A DNA stretch of 64,000 bases from an uncultured Candidatus Rokubacteria bacterium (GTDB lineage: Bacteria > Methylomirabilota > Methylomirabilia > Rokubacteriales > CSP1-6): NCBI GenBank assembly GCA_963747235.1, contig CAVVEU010000013.1, forward strand, positions 64,001 through 128,000, written 5' to 3'. The translations under genes and the position numbers were made by a program. Positions 34,559-45,600 of this stretch are shown here, one piece after another; the stretch's first letter is position 1, and each line of letters starts with the position of its first letter. Below the pieces are notes generated by a model. It had not been told where the DNA came from, searched no databases, and worked only from the letters and a program-made list of their open reading frames with translations.

Positions 34559-35724
34559 TGGCCGAGCCCGAGGCGATCCTCGAGCGCGGGCGCGAGCCCC
34601 TGGGCGGGCCGGCGGCGGTGGCCGACACGCGGGAGCAGCGCATCTTCGTGGCCTCGCAGTGGCAGCTCATGTGGTGGCGGTTCCGCAAGCACAAGGTGGC
34701 GGTGGCCAGCGCGCTCGTCGTGGTGGGCTTCTACATGATCGTCCTCGGCGCGGACTTCCTCGCCTACGCCGACCCCAACGCGTCGGAGGCGCACCGCTCG
34801 CTCATGCCCCCGCAGCGCGTGTACTGGTTCGACGGGGGGCGGTTGAGTCCTCACGTGTACGGATTGAAGGGCGCGCGCGACCCGCAGACCTTCAAGCGCG
34901 TCTATGTCGCGGACCCGGATCGGAAGATCCCGATCCGGTTCTTCGCCGAGGGATTCGAGTACCGCCTCTTCGGGCTGATCCCGACCACCCGGCACCTCAT
35001 CGGGGTGGATGGCGGGGCCGACGCCACCCAGGCGGTGTTCCTGCTCGGCACGGACGTGCAGGGACGGGACCTCTGGTCGCGGTTGATGTACGGCACGCGG
35101 ATCTCCCTCACGATCGGGCTGTTCGGGGTCACGGTGAGCCTGATCCTGGGCGTGGTCCTGGGCGGGTTCTCGGGTTTCTACGGCGGGATGGCCGACACCA
35201 TCATCCAGCGCACGATCGAGATCCTCCGGTCCATCCCGACGATTCCCCTCTGGATGGGGCTCGCGGCGGCGCTGCCGCGGGACTGGTCGGTGCTACAGGT
35301 CTACTTCGCGATCACGATCATCATCTCGCTGCTCGGATGGACGGAGCTGGCCCGCGTGGTCCGGGGCCGTTTTCTCGCCATGCGCGAGGAAGACTTCGTC
35401 GTCTCCGCCCGGCTGGTCGGGTGCAGCCAGATGCGGACGATCTTCGTCCACATGGTGCCGTCGTTCATGAGCCACATCATCGCGGCCACCACGCTGGCCC
35501 TGCCCGCCATGATCATCAGCGAGACCGCGCTCAGCTTCCTGGGCCTGGGCCTGCGGCCGCCCGCGATCAGCTGGGGCGTGCTGTTGCAGCAGGCGCAGAA
35601 CGTCCAGACCGTGGCGATCTCGCCGTGGCTCATGCTCCCCGCGGTGCCGGTGATCATCGCGGTCATGGCCTTCAACTTCCTGGGCGATGGCCTGCGCGAC
35701 GCGGCGGATCCCTATGGCCGCTGA
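34558..35724 (+). CDS. ABC permease (DppC/OppC-like)
   Basis: LLGTDVQGRDLWSRLMYGTRISL; EEDFVVSARLVG; ETALSFLGLG; FNFLGDGLRDAADP. Confidence 0.93.
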   Translation: MAEPEAILERGREPLGGPAAVADTREQRIFVASQWQLMWWRFRKHKVAVASALVVVGFYMIVLGADFLAYADPNASEAHRSLMPPQRVYWFDGGRLSPHVYGLKGARDPQTFKRVYVADPDRKIPIRFFAEGFEYRLFGLIPTTRHLIGVDGGADATQAVFLLGTDVQGRDLWSRLMYGTRISLTIGLFGVTVSLILGVVLGGFSGFYGGMADTIIQRTIEILRSIPTIPLWMGLAAALPRDWSVLQVYFAITIIISLLGWTELARVVRGRFLAMREEDFVVSARLVGCSQMRTIFVHMVPSFMSHIIAATTLALPAMIISETALSFLGLGLRPPAISWGVLLQQAQNVQTVAISPWLMLPAVPVIIAVMAFNFLGDGLRDAADPYGR

Positions 35725-36720
35725 GCCGCTGCTGTCGGTGCGGAACCTGAAGACCTATTTCACGCAGGATGAGGGGACGGTGCGGGCGGTGGATGGGGTG
35801 AGCTTCGAGATGGCGCCGGGGGCGACGCTCGGGATCGTGGGGGAGAGCGGGTGCGGCAAGAGCATCACCGCCCGGTCGATCATGCGGATCGTGGATCGGC
35901 CGGGACGGATCGTCGAGGGGGAGATTCACTTCAGGCGGCCGTCCGGCGGCAACGGGGCGGGGCCGGTCGTGGACCTGGCGAAGCTCGAGCCCAACGGCGC
36001 CCTGATGCGCTCGATCCGGGGCGCGGAGATCGCGCTCATCTTCCAGGAGCCGATGTCCTCGTTCAGTCCCGTCCACACCGTCGGCAGCCAGATCATCGAG
36101 GCGATCCGGCTGCACCAGCCCCTCGGTCGGCAGGCGGCGCGCGAGCGGGCGATCGAGATGCTGCGGCGGGTGGGCGTGTCCTCGCCGGAGGAGCGGGTGG
36201 ATCAGCTCTCCAACCAGCTCAGCGGCGGCCTGCGCCAGCGCGCCATGATCGCGATGGCGCTGTCCTGCGAGCCGACCCTGCTGATCGCCGACGAGCCGAC
36301 GACGGCGCTCGACGTGACCACCCAGACCCAGATCCTCGAGCTGATGCGCCGGCTCCAGCAGGAAGACGGCATGGCGATCATGCTGATCACCCACGACCTG
36401 GGCGTGGTCGCGGAGATGGCCACCGACGTGGCGGTGATGTACCTGGGCCGGGTGGTCGAGCAGGCGCCGGTGGACGCGATCTTCCACGACCCGCGCCACC
36501 CGTACACGCGGGCGCTGCTGCGCTCGATTCCCCGCATCCGGTCGCGCACGCGGGAGCGGCTGACGCCGATCGCGGGCGCGGTGCCGCATCCCTACGACCG
36601 GCCGAGCGGCTGCCCCTTCCACCCGCGCTGCCCGGAGTTCATGGCCGGACGGTGCGATCGGGAGGCGCCGATCCTGCGCCCGGTGGGCGATCACCACGCG
36701 GTGAGCTGCTTCCTCTACGA

Positions 36721-36724
<4 letters not shown>
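35714..36724 (+). CDS. ABC ATP-binding protein (DppD/OppD-like)
   Basis: [26 protein letters not shown], oligo-HPY C-terminus. Confidence 0.94.
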
Positions 36725-37738
<1,014 letters not shown>

Positions 37739-37795
37739 CGCGAGAGGCGGGCGCCTACCGGGCGTCCCGCTTGGCCTGCTTCCGCTGCCCGCTCG

Positions 37796-37978
37796 TCACT
37801 GGCGCGGGTCCTTGCCCGTGAAGCCCGGCGAATGAATCTGGGCGCACGCGATGGAGCAGTAGACACGCGCCTTCGCGGTCGCGGGGTCGCCGCTCCGGAT
37901 GGAGTAGGGGAGGAACTTGGCCTGGCCGCATCCGTGGCAGACCGGTCGATGTTCGTCCTGCGGTAGCTGCGGCAGCAT
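37796..37978 (-). CDS. 60-aa putative treble-clef metal-binding protein
   Basis: GGAGG RBS; CHGC ... YCSIAC. Confidence 0.6.
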   Translation of the reverse strand: MLPQLPQDEHRPVCHGCGQAKFLPYSIRSGDPATAKARVYCSIACAQIHSPGFTGKDPRQ

Positions 37979-38076
37979 GGCAGCCTCCATCGTTGTGCTG
38001 GGCGTTGGGTTGGGGGCGGGGGTGCGGTCTCGATCGTCGTGGCCTCCACGCGTAACAACGCGCGGGTGGAGCGGCC

Positions 38077-38094
38077 ATTGGACCAACGTCCAAT
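38077..38094. promoter_or_regulatory. Perfect palindrome ATTGGAC-N4-GTCCAAT between divergent genes
   Basis: 7-4-7 inverted repeat; related half-sites at 998-1010 and 27362-27372. Confidence 0.55.
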
Positions 38095-38129
38095 AGGCCG
38101 GACGGGTCACGCCGCACTACAGTGATTTC

Positions 38130-38549
38130 ATGGGGAGATCTCCCGGCGGGCCCCTGGCCGGTGACGAGCCGGCGGCGACGGGCGTGGCGTCGTGGTCCAT
38201 CGACCACATCAGCGGCGTGACGCTGGCGGTGCGCGAGATGGCCGAGTCGGTGGCGTTCTACGGCAAGCTCGGGTTCGAGGTCTCCTACGGCGGATCCGAC
38301 GCCCCGTTCACCACGATGCGGGCGGGGCAGAGCGTCGTCAATCTGCGGCAGGAAGCGACGAGCGGAGGCGGCGCCTGGAATCGCGTGATCCTCCGCGTGC
38401 GCGGAGTGGACGCGCTCCATCGGGATCTGGTCGGGAAGGGCCTCGGGCCGACCGCGCCCCGGGACGCGGAATGGGGCGAGCGCTATTTCGAGATCCCGGA
38501 CCCTCAAGGAGTCGTGATCAGCTGCGCGGAGCCGATCCGGTTCGAGTAG
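38130..38549 (+). CDS. VOC (glyoxalase/bleomycin resistance) family protein
   Basis: HISGVTLAVREMAESVAFYGKLGF..PRDAEWGERYFEIPDPQG. Confidence 0.9.
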   Translation: MGRSPGGPLAGDEPAATGVASWSIDHISGVTLAVREMAESVAFYGKLGFEVSYGGSDAPFTTMRAGQSVVNLRQEATSGGGAWNRVILRVRGVDALHRDLVGKGLGPTAPRDAEWGERYFEIPDPQGVVISCAEPIRFE

Positions 38550-38554
38550 TGCAC

Positions 38555-38597
38555 GTGTCCAATCGAGGACACATTTCCGAGTGGTCAAATCGGAACA
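38555..38597. promoter_or_regulatory. Tandem Crp-family-like operators upstream of the desaturase
   Basis: GTGTCC-N6-GGACAC (38555-38572) and TGGTC-N6-GAACA (38582-38597). Confidence 0.5.
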
Positions 38598-38632
38598 GAT
38601 TCCGCTCGGTGAAGAGCGTACTCAGTCCCTGA

Positions 38633-39437
38633 ATGGAGTACAGAGTGGTACAGCACATGTGGATCGCTCCGCTCGTCGCCCTCGCGCTGGCCGAGATCGC
38701 GGTGATCGCGACCTCCGTGTACCTGCACCGGGGGCTCGCGCACCGCGCGCTCCGGCTGCATCCGGTCATGGATGGATGCTTCCGGGCCCTGCTCTGGCTG
38801 ACGACGGGCCAGAGCCGGCGGGAGTGGGTCGCCGTCCACCGCAAGCATCACGCCTTCACCGATCGAGAGGGCGATCCGCACAGCCCCCGGCTGTTCGGCT
38901 TCTGGAACATCCAGCTCTGGAACGTGTACTACTACGCGCGGGAAGCGCGCAACCCGGACACGCTGCGGACGTTCGCGCCCGATATCGCGGAGGACTGGCT
39001 GGATCGCGTGGTGTTCTCGCGGGGCCTGTAGCGGAGTCGGGATCGGGATCGTGTTTCTGTGCCTGGTGTTCGGACTCTGGGTCGGCCTCGCGGCCGGGCT
39101 GGTGCACGCGGTGCTGTACGTGTTCGTGCTGGCGCCGCTGATCAACGGTCTGGGGCACTGGCGCGGCGAGCAGAACTTCGGCAACACCGCCTACAACTCC
39201 CGGGCGCTCGCCTGGGTCACCGGCGGGGAGAGCCTGCACAACAACCATCACGCGCATCCGCGCGCGCCGAAGTTCAGCATGCGGCGGTTCGAGTTCGATC
39301 CATCGTGGGTGGTGATCCGTTGCCTCGCCGCGGTGGGACTGGTGGAGATCGTGGGGGCGCCCGTGCAGCTTGCCGAGCCTGGAGTCGTCGGACGAGCGAT
39401 CAGCGGGGGAAACGACAAAGGGGGCCGTGATGACTGA
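38633..39437 (+). CDS. Membrane fatty acid (delta-9-type) desaturase, frameshift near 39030
   Basis: His boxes HRGLAH, HRKHH..DPHSP, HNNHH; EFDPSW. Confidence 0.9.
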
Positions 39438-40008
39438 GCAGGTCGTGAGAATGGGCCTGATGTGGATTTTGGCCGGCCTCAGCGCCGGCTGGCTGGCCGA
39501 GACGCTGATCGTCCGGCGGGGCTACGGCCTGCTCGTGGACATGGGCCTGGGCGTCGGGGCGGGCCTCCTCGGCGGCGGCCTGTTCATGATGGGGTCGGAC
39601 CGTCCGGCCGGGACGCTGGCGATGTTTGTCGGCGCGTTCGTCCTCGCGTCCCTGGTGATCGTGGCGCAGCGGCTCTTCCTGCCGCGCACGCCCGGCGCGC
39701 GGGCGCGGAAAGCCCAGCTCCGCCTCACCGAGCTGCGGGGCACGGCGCCCGGCGAGAAGGACACGGTCTCTGGACTGCATGGGGCCGGCAATGGAGTGAT
39801 CGGCCGACCCGCCGCGCACGTGCTCATGCGCGTGGCGACGACCGGGATCTACCTGCTGCGCGGGGTGCCGCTGGAGCTGCAGCGCGCGGCGCGGGTGCGC
39901 GCGGTGAGCGACGGGACCACGCTTCACCAGGTGCTGCTCAAGGGTCTGGGCGAGTACGCGGCGGGAACCTGGACCCCTCAGCCGGGCAAGAAGCGTTCAG
40001 CCGCGTGA
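39430..40008 (+). CDS. GlsB/YeaQ/YmgE-like membrane protein fused to a C-terminal ribbon-helix-helix-like domain
   Basis: WILAGLSAGWLA..GYGLLVDMGLGVGAGLLGG (transglycosylase-associated pattern); C-terminal YLLRGVPLELQRAARVRAVSDGTTLHQVLLKGLGEY. Confidence 0.7.
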   Translation: MTEQVVRMGLMWILAGLSAGWLAETLIVRRGYGLLVDMGLGVGAGLLGGGLFMMGSDRPAGTLAMFVGAFVLASLVIVAQRLFLPRTPGARARKAQLRLTELRGTAPGEKDTVSGLHGAGNGVIGRPAAHVLMRVATTGIYLLRGVPLELQRAARVRAVSDGTTLHQVLLKGLGEYAAGTWTPQPGKKRSAA

Positions 40009-40027
40009 GCGGCGTGCGGCGGACGCG

Positions 40028-40276
40028 TCAGGGGCGGGGCTTGGTGGGCCAGTGGCGGTCGGCGACGCCGGGCTCGAGGAGCTCGGGAGTCACGACCGGG
40101 ACCGGCTGCAGCGGATCCTCGACCTCCACGCTCTCGTCCATCATGATCCAGGCGAGCATTCGTCCCTTCGCCGTTCGACGCGGTGATCCGAACCAGACGC
40201 GGCCCTCCGCGTCGAGCCCCACCAGGTGCCAGCCGTCGCCCTGCGTGATGACCTGGATCTGCCGGAGACCTTCCAT
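40028..40276 (-). CDS. Small hypothetical protein (QI..LxxLDxxGxVW family)
   Basis: MEGLRQIQVITQGDGWHLVGLDAEGRVW; GAGG RBS; extended -10 TGcTAGTGT at 40321-40329 (minus). Confidence 0.6.
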   Translation of the reverse strand: MEGLRQIQVITQGDGWHLVGLDAEGRVWFGSPRRTAKGRMLAWIMMDESVEVEDPLQPVPVVTPELLEPGVADRHWPTKPRP

Positions 40277-40340
40277 GGTGAACCTCTTCCGCGGACTCGC
40301 GAGTCGAGCCCGACACGTCCACACTAGCACGAACGCGATA

Positions 40341-40369
40341 TTGACAAGGCGGGCGCGCGCCACTACGGT
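40341..40369 (+). promoter_or_regulatory. Sigma70-type promoter, probably giving a leaderless dnaA transcript
   Basis: TTGACA-N17-TACGGT; ATG follows after 5 nt; no Shine-Dalgarno. Confidence 0.65.
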
Positions 40370-40374
40370 CAGAC

Positions 40375-41679
40375 ATGCTTGAAGAGCTGTGGTCTCGGCT
40401 GCTCACCGCTCTCGAAGGTGAGGTTCCCGCCTCGGCGCTGGAGTCGTGGCTGCGCCCGTGCCGGCTCGTCGCGGTGGACGGCGACCGCCTGCGGGTCCTC
40501 GCGCCCAACAAGTACACGCGCGACTGGATCGGCCAGCACCACGTGGACACGATCGAGGCGGCCGCGCGCCGCTTGCTCGGCGTCAACACGCGGGTCTCCA
40601 TCGAGATGGACGCGGAGCCCGAGCCGCCGCCCGCGCTCGCGCGCGAGCGCGTTCCCGGCGCGCTGGACGAGCTGACGCCGCGCTACACGTTCGAGTCCTT
40701 CGTGGTCGGCAGCTCCAACCAGTTCGCGCAGGCGGCCTGCCAGGCGGTCGCCGAGCGGCCCGGGACGGCCTATAGCCCGCTGTTCCTCTACGGAGGGGTC
40801 GGCCTCGGCAAGACCCATCTCCTCCACGCGGTGGGGCACGAGATGGCGCGCCTCCACCCCACGCTGCGGCTGCTCTATCTCTCGTCGGAGCGCTTCACCA
40901 ACGAGCTCATCAATGCCATTCGCTACGACCGCACCGGCGAGTTCCGGGCGAAGTACCGGACGATCGATCTCCTGCTCATCGACGACATCCAGTTCATCGC
41001 GGGCAAGGAGCGGACGCAGGAGGAGTTCTTCCACACCTTCAACGATCTCTACGAGGGCCACAAGCAGATCGTGGTGTCTTCCGACTCCACGCCCAAGGAG
41101 ATTCCCGAGCTGGAGGAGCGGCTGCGCTCCCGCTTCGAGTGGGGCCTGGTCGCCGACATCCAGCCGCCCGACTTCGAGACCCGCGTGGCCATCCTGAAGA
41201 AGCGCGCCGAGATCGAGCGGGTCCAGTTGCCCGACGACGTGGCCTATCTGATGGCGAGCCGCATCAAGACCAACATTCGAGAGATCGAGGGGTCGTTCAC
41301 TCGGATGGCCGCGTTCTGCTCCCTGACCGGCCGCGAGATGAGCGTGGACGTCGCCCAGGAGGTCCTGTCCGAGCTCTGGGGCGCGGACGAGAAGATCATC
41401 ACGATCGAGCACATCCAGCGCACGGTGTCCGGGTTCTTCGGCCTCAAGCTGGCCGACATGCGCACCCGGACGCGGACCAAGGCGGTGTCCTTCCCGCGCC
41501 AGATCGCGATGTACTTCGCCCGCCAGCTCACGCACGCCTCGCTCACCGAGGTCGGGCGCGCCTTCGACAAGGACCACACCACCGTGCTCCACGCGGTGAC
41601 GAAGATCGAGGCGATGATCCGCGAAGACGCGAAGTTCAAGAAGACCGTCGATACGCTCGCCGAGAGCGTGGCGAGATAG
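40375..41679 (+). CDS. dnaA: Chromosomal replication initiator DnaA homolog (orphan paralog, short domain II)
   Basis: Domain I WLRP..APNKY; YTFESFVVGSSNQFA; Walker A GGVGLGKTHL; Walker B LLIDDIQF; RLRSRFEWG; NIREIEG; domain IV PRQIAMY..DHTTVLHA. Confidence 0.95.
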   Translation: MLEELWSRLLTALEGEVPASALESWLRPCRLVAVDGDRLRVLAPNKYTRDWIGQHHVDTIEAAARRLLGVNTRVSIEMDAEPEPPPALARERVPGALDELTPRYTFESFVVGSSNQFAQAACQAVAERPGTAYSPLFLYGGVGLGKTHLLHAVGHEMARLHPTLRLLYLSSERFTNELINAIRYDRTGEFRAKYRTIDLLLIDDIQFIAGKERTQEEFFHTFNDLYEGHKQIVVSSDSTPKEIPELEERLRSRFEWGLVADIQPPDFETRVAILKKRAEIERVQLPDDVAYLMASRIKTNIREIEGSFTRMAAFCSLTGREMSVDVAQEVLSELWGADEKIITIEHIQRTVSGFFGLKLADMRTRTRTKAVSFPRQIAMYFARQLTHASLTEVGRAFDKDHTTVLHAVTKIEAMIREDAKFKKTVDTLAESVAR

Positions 41680-41784
41680 GGAGGCGATCCGCGTGGGCTC
41701 TCACCTGATCTCGGTCATGACCGCCGCGTGGCAGCGGCTCGTGGGGCCGCCCGCGCGTAACGGCGTCGCGCACGACCCGGAGCG

Positions 41785-41829
41785 CAGCGTCGCAGCGTAG
41801 GCCCAGCGTGCCCAGCGTGCACGCAGCGT
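41785..41829 (+). repeat. Five direct CAGCGT hexamers
   Basis: Starts at 41785, 41793, 41804, 41813 and 41824. Confidence 0.6.
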
Positions 41830-42142
41830 GAAGGTCCGCGAGCTCACCTGGCAATCCGGGGAGGCGGCGGTCTGGCCGGTCGGGTGGGTGGACTGGGCGG
41901 ATCCGGGCGGGGCCTCCGACGTGCCCGAGACGGGCGTGCTGGAGGGGCTCACGCGGCTCGGCAACCGCTTGCTGCTACGGATCAACGTCAACGGCAGCCG
42001 GCGCACCGCGGGGCTCGAGTGGGACGCGCCGCCGAGCGTGGACGACGTGGAGGCCGTGCTGCAGGCGAACCTCGGGGCCCAGATTCGCGCGGTCGGGCAG
42101 CTCGAGGTGCCGATCCGCGCCCGGCCGGGTCCGTCCGCGTGA
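41828..42142 (+). CDS. Hypothetical protein (104 aa)
   Basis: Protein-like composition; stop overlaps the next start (GTGA). Confidence 0.65.
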   Translation: MKVRELTWQSGEAAVWPVGWVDWADPGGASDVPETGVLEGLTRLGNRLLLRINVNGSRRTAGLEWDAPPSVDDVEAVLQANLGAQIRAVGQLEVPIRARPGPSA

Positions 42143-42417
42143 CGGCTCCGGTGACGGCGGTCACCTACACGACCGAGGACTTCGTGCGCCGCACCGTCGG
42201 GCGGATGTTGCGGGGCCGGTACCAGGGCGGGGTGGTCTGCTCCACCTGTCTCGTGGGGATGACGCTCGAGCGGCTGCACACCGGGTGGCGGAGGTCGGAG
42301 ATCGAGCACGCGATGGAGAAGGTGTTCAGCGCCCCCGGGGTGCTCGGCGGCGTGTCGAGCGGGCCCTGCGCGCGCTGCAAGCGCCCGAACCCGTGCATCG
42401 GCGAGCACGCCTCATGA
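42139..42417 (+). CDS. Small CxxC..CxxC Zn-binding protein, paralog 1
   Basis: [33 protein letters not shown]. Confidence 0.8.
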   Translation: MTAPVTAVTYTTEDFVRRTVGRMLRGRYQGGVVCSTCLVGMTLERLHTGWRRSEIEHAMEKVFSAPGVLGGVSSGPCARCKRPNPCIGEHAS

Positions 42418-42430
42418 TGGGCCCCGCCTC

Positions 42431-42679
42431 ATGATGGGAGAGGAGATGGCCCGGTGCCACGCGGGGGCGATGCTGCGCGCCCGCCCGGGCTGCTACTACT
42501 GCGCGCGGTGTGTCACGCGGCGGCTGGGCCCCGCGGCGGTGTGGACGAAGCGGGACGCGCGCCGGGCGATCGCGGCGCTGTTCCTGGGGCCCATCGGGCT
42601 CACCGCCATCCTCCGTCACGGCCCGGATCCCTGCGGGGATTGCGGGATCGTCGGCGGAGCGCTCCTGGGCTCGGTGTAG
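42431..42679 (+). CDS. Small CxxC..CxxC Zn-binding protein, paralog 2 (divergent)
   Basis: [33 protein letters not shown]. Confidence 0.7.
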   Translation: MMGEEMARCHAGAMLRARPGCYYCARCVTRRLGPAAVWTKRDARRAIAALFLGPIGLTAILRHGPDPCGDCGIVGGALLGSV

Positions 42680-42684
42680 CCCGC

Positions 42685-45600
42685 TCAGCCGAGCACGACC
42701 CGGACGCGGCGCGTGGCGCCGTCGCCGATGAGGGGGATGCTGGCGGCCGGGGACGGGAGCGGGACGCCGTCGATCTCCATGGTCGAGATGCCGCGGGTCA
42801 CCCCGTGCGGGTTCTCGACCGTGATCTCGTAGCGCGAGGCGTGATAGCGGAACGCGATCTCGAAGCGCGGCCACGCGCGCGGGATGCACGGATCGAGATG
42901 GAGCGCCGCCCCGCGCAGGCGAAACCCGAGGAGCCACTCGAGGCCGGCCCGGTACATCCACCCCGCGGAGCCGGTGTACCAGGTCCACCCTCCGCGCCCG
43001 ACGTGCGGGTACTCCGCGTAGACGTCGGCGGCGGCCACGTACGGCTCTCCCTTGTAGCGGTGGACGCCCGCCCGGGTGCTCGTGCGGTTGATCGGGTTCA
43101 GGATGGAGAACAGCTCGTTGGCGCGGTCGCCGTCGCCCGAGCGCCGCGAAGGCCATCACGGTCCAGATGGCGGCGTGGGTGTACTGCCCGCCGTTCTCGC
43201 GGATGCCGGGCGGGTAGCCCTTGATGTACCCGGGCTCGAGCGATGAGTGATCGAACGGCGGGGTGAAGAGCAGGATCAGCTCCTGATCGCGCCGGACGAG
43301 ATACTCCTCCACCGCGGCCATCGCGCGCGCCGCGCGCGCGGGCTCGGCGGCCCCCGAGAGGACCCCCCAGGACTGGGCGATCGAATCGATGCGGCACTCG
43401 GGGTTCACGATGGAGCCGAGCGGGGTGCCGTCGTCGAAGTAGGCGCGGCGATACCAGTCGCCATCCCAGGCGTGCTGCTCGAGCGCCGTCTTGAGGGCGC
43501 GGACGTGGGCCCGCCACGTCTCGGCGCGCGCGCCCTCGCCGCGGGCGTCGGCCAGGCGCGCGAACTCCCAGAGGGTCGTGTGCAGGAACCAGCCGAGCCA
43601 GACGCTCTCGCCGCGCCCCTCGGGCCCCACCCGGTTCATGCCGTCGTTCCAGTCGCCGGTGCCCATCAGGGGCAGCCCGTGAGCGCCGACCGCGAGGCTG
43701 CGGTCGAGCGCACGCGCGCAGTGCTCGAAGAGCGTGCCGTGCTCGGCGGAGACGGTGGGCTCGAAGTACGCGTCCTCCTGACCGGAGGGGATCGGCGGGC
43801 CTTCCAGGAACGGAACGCGCTCGTCCAGGAGCGGCGTATCCCCGGTGATCTCCAGGTAGTGCGTGACCGCGTAGGGTAGCCAGAGCGAATCGTCGGAGAT
43901 CCGGGTGCGCACGCCCTTGCCGGAGGGCGGATGCCACCAGTGCTGGACGTCGCCCTCGATGAACTGCCGGGCGGCGGCCCGGAGGAGATGCTCGCGCGCC
44001 ACCTCGCGCTTCGCGACCACGAGCGCCATCACGTCCTGGAGCTGGTCGCGGAAGCCGTAGGCGCCGCCGGCCTGATAGAAGGCGGAGCGGGCCCAGACCC
44101 GGCAGGCGAGCGTCTGGTAGAGCAGCCACCGGTTCAGCATCAGGTCCATGGACCGGTCCGGCGTCTTCACCTGGATGGCGCCGAGCGTGTCGTCCCACCG
44201 GGTCGTGACGTCCTTCAGGGTGACGATCGACGTCCGCGGCGCGATGGCGGACGATGAGCGCTCGCGCGGCCTCCACGGTGTCGCCCTGGCCGAGGAGGAA
44301 GACGATCTCCTCCCGGCCGCCCGGGGCCAGCTCGATCACGGCCTGGAGCGCCGCGCACGGATCGAGCCCGGCGCCGACCCGCCCGGACGGAGGCGTGCCG
44401 CGCTCCAGCATCGCGGGATGATCGAGCGTGCCGTTGCGGCCGATGACCTCCGCGCGATCGGCCGTCCACGCGGTCTGGCGGCCCCCGAGATCGGCGAACG
44501 CGACGCACCCGGCGAAGTCGGTGTTCCAGGCGTTGCGGGCCAGGAGCGCCCCGGTGTCCGCGTCGATCTCGGTGACGATGGACGGGGCGTTCGCGCTGCG
44601 CGAGGCGCCCAGCACCCACTCGACGTAGGCGGTGACCGAGAGCCGGCGCGGCTTGCCGGAGCGGTTCTCGATCGTCAGCCGCGAGATCTTGACCGGGTCC
44701 TCGGACGGGACGAACTGCAGGAGCTCGAGCGCGATGCCGTGGGAGGCGTGCTCGAAGCGGCTGTAGCCCTGTCCGTGCCGGGCGATGTAGGGGGACGCGT
44801 CCTCCCGGATCGGCAGGAGGGTGGGGCCCCACAGCGCGCCGGTCTCCTCGTCGCGGACGTAGAACGTCTCGCCCGGCGGGTCGCCGACCGCGTCGTTGGA
44901 CCACGGCGTGAGCTGGTTCTCGCGGCTGTTGAGCGCCCACGTGTACCCGGCCCCGGATTCGGAGACCTGGAAGCCGAAGCGGGGGTTGGCGATGACGTTG
45001 ACCCACGGCGCGGGCGCCCACTGCCCCTCGCCGAGCACGGTGACGTACTCGCGGCCCCCGTCCACGAAGCCCCCGATGCCGTTGAAGAACTCGGATTCGA
45101 AGCGCGGGGGTGGCGCGTGCGCGGCGGCCGCGGCCCGGGCCGGTCGCGGCGCGGGAAGGGCCGCGGCGTCGGGCGCCGACTCGGCGCGCGCGAGCTGCTC
45201 CGCGAGCGTGCCGTGGCGGCTCAGGAGCACGGCCCGGGCCGCCGACTGGAGTGCCGCGTGGTCCGTGGACGAGAGGAGCTCCTTCCGGAGGATGAAGACC
45301 CGACCCTGCGTCTCGCTGCGCTCCGGCCGGGGCGCCGACTGGCTCGTCCGCACGAGGGCCTCGAGCGAGGTCTGGAACTCCTGGACGTAGGAGTGCGCCT
45401 TCTCGTTCAGGATGACGAGATCCACGGCGAGCCCCTTCATGCGCCAGTACTCGTGGGCGCGGAGGAGCTGGCGGACGATGCCGCGATCCTCCGGCTCGTC
45501 GATGCGCACGAGGACGATCGGGAGGTCGCCGGAGATCTGGTGGGCCCAGAGGGTCGACGGGCCCGCCGTGTTCCGTCGCAGCACGTCCGGCGCGGAGCGC

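Noticed and set aside
40277-41830. oriC next to dnaA
   Set aside because: No DnaA-box cluster, AT-rich unwinding element or dnaN seen. The only near-box noticed (TTATCCACC, about 21393) is inside a distant CDS.
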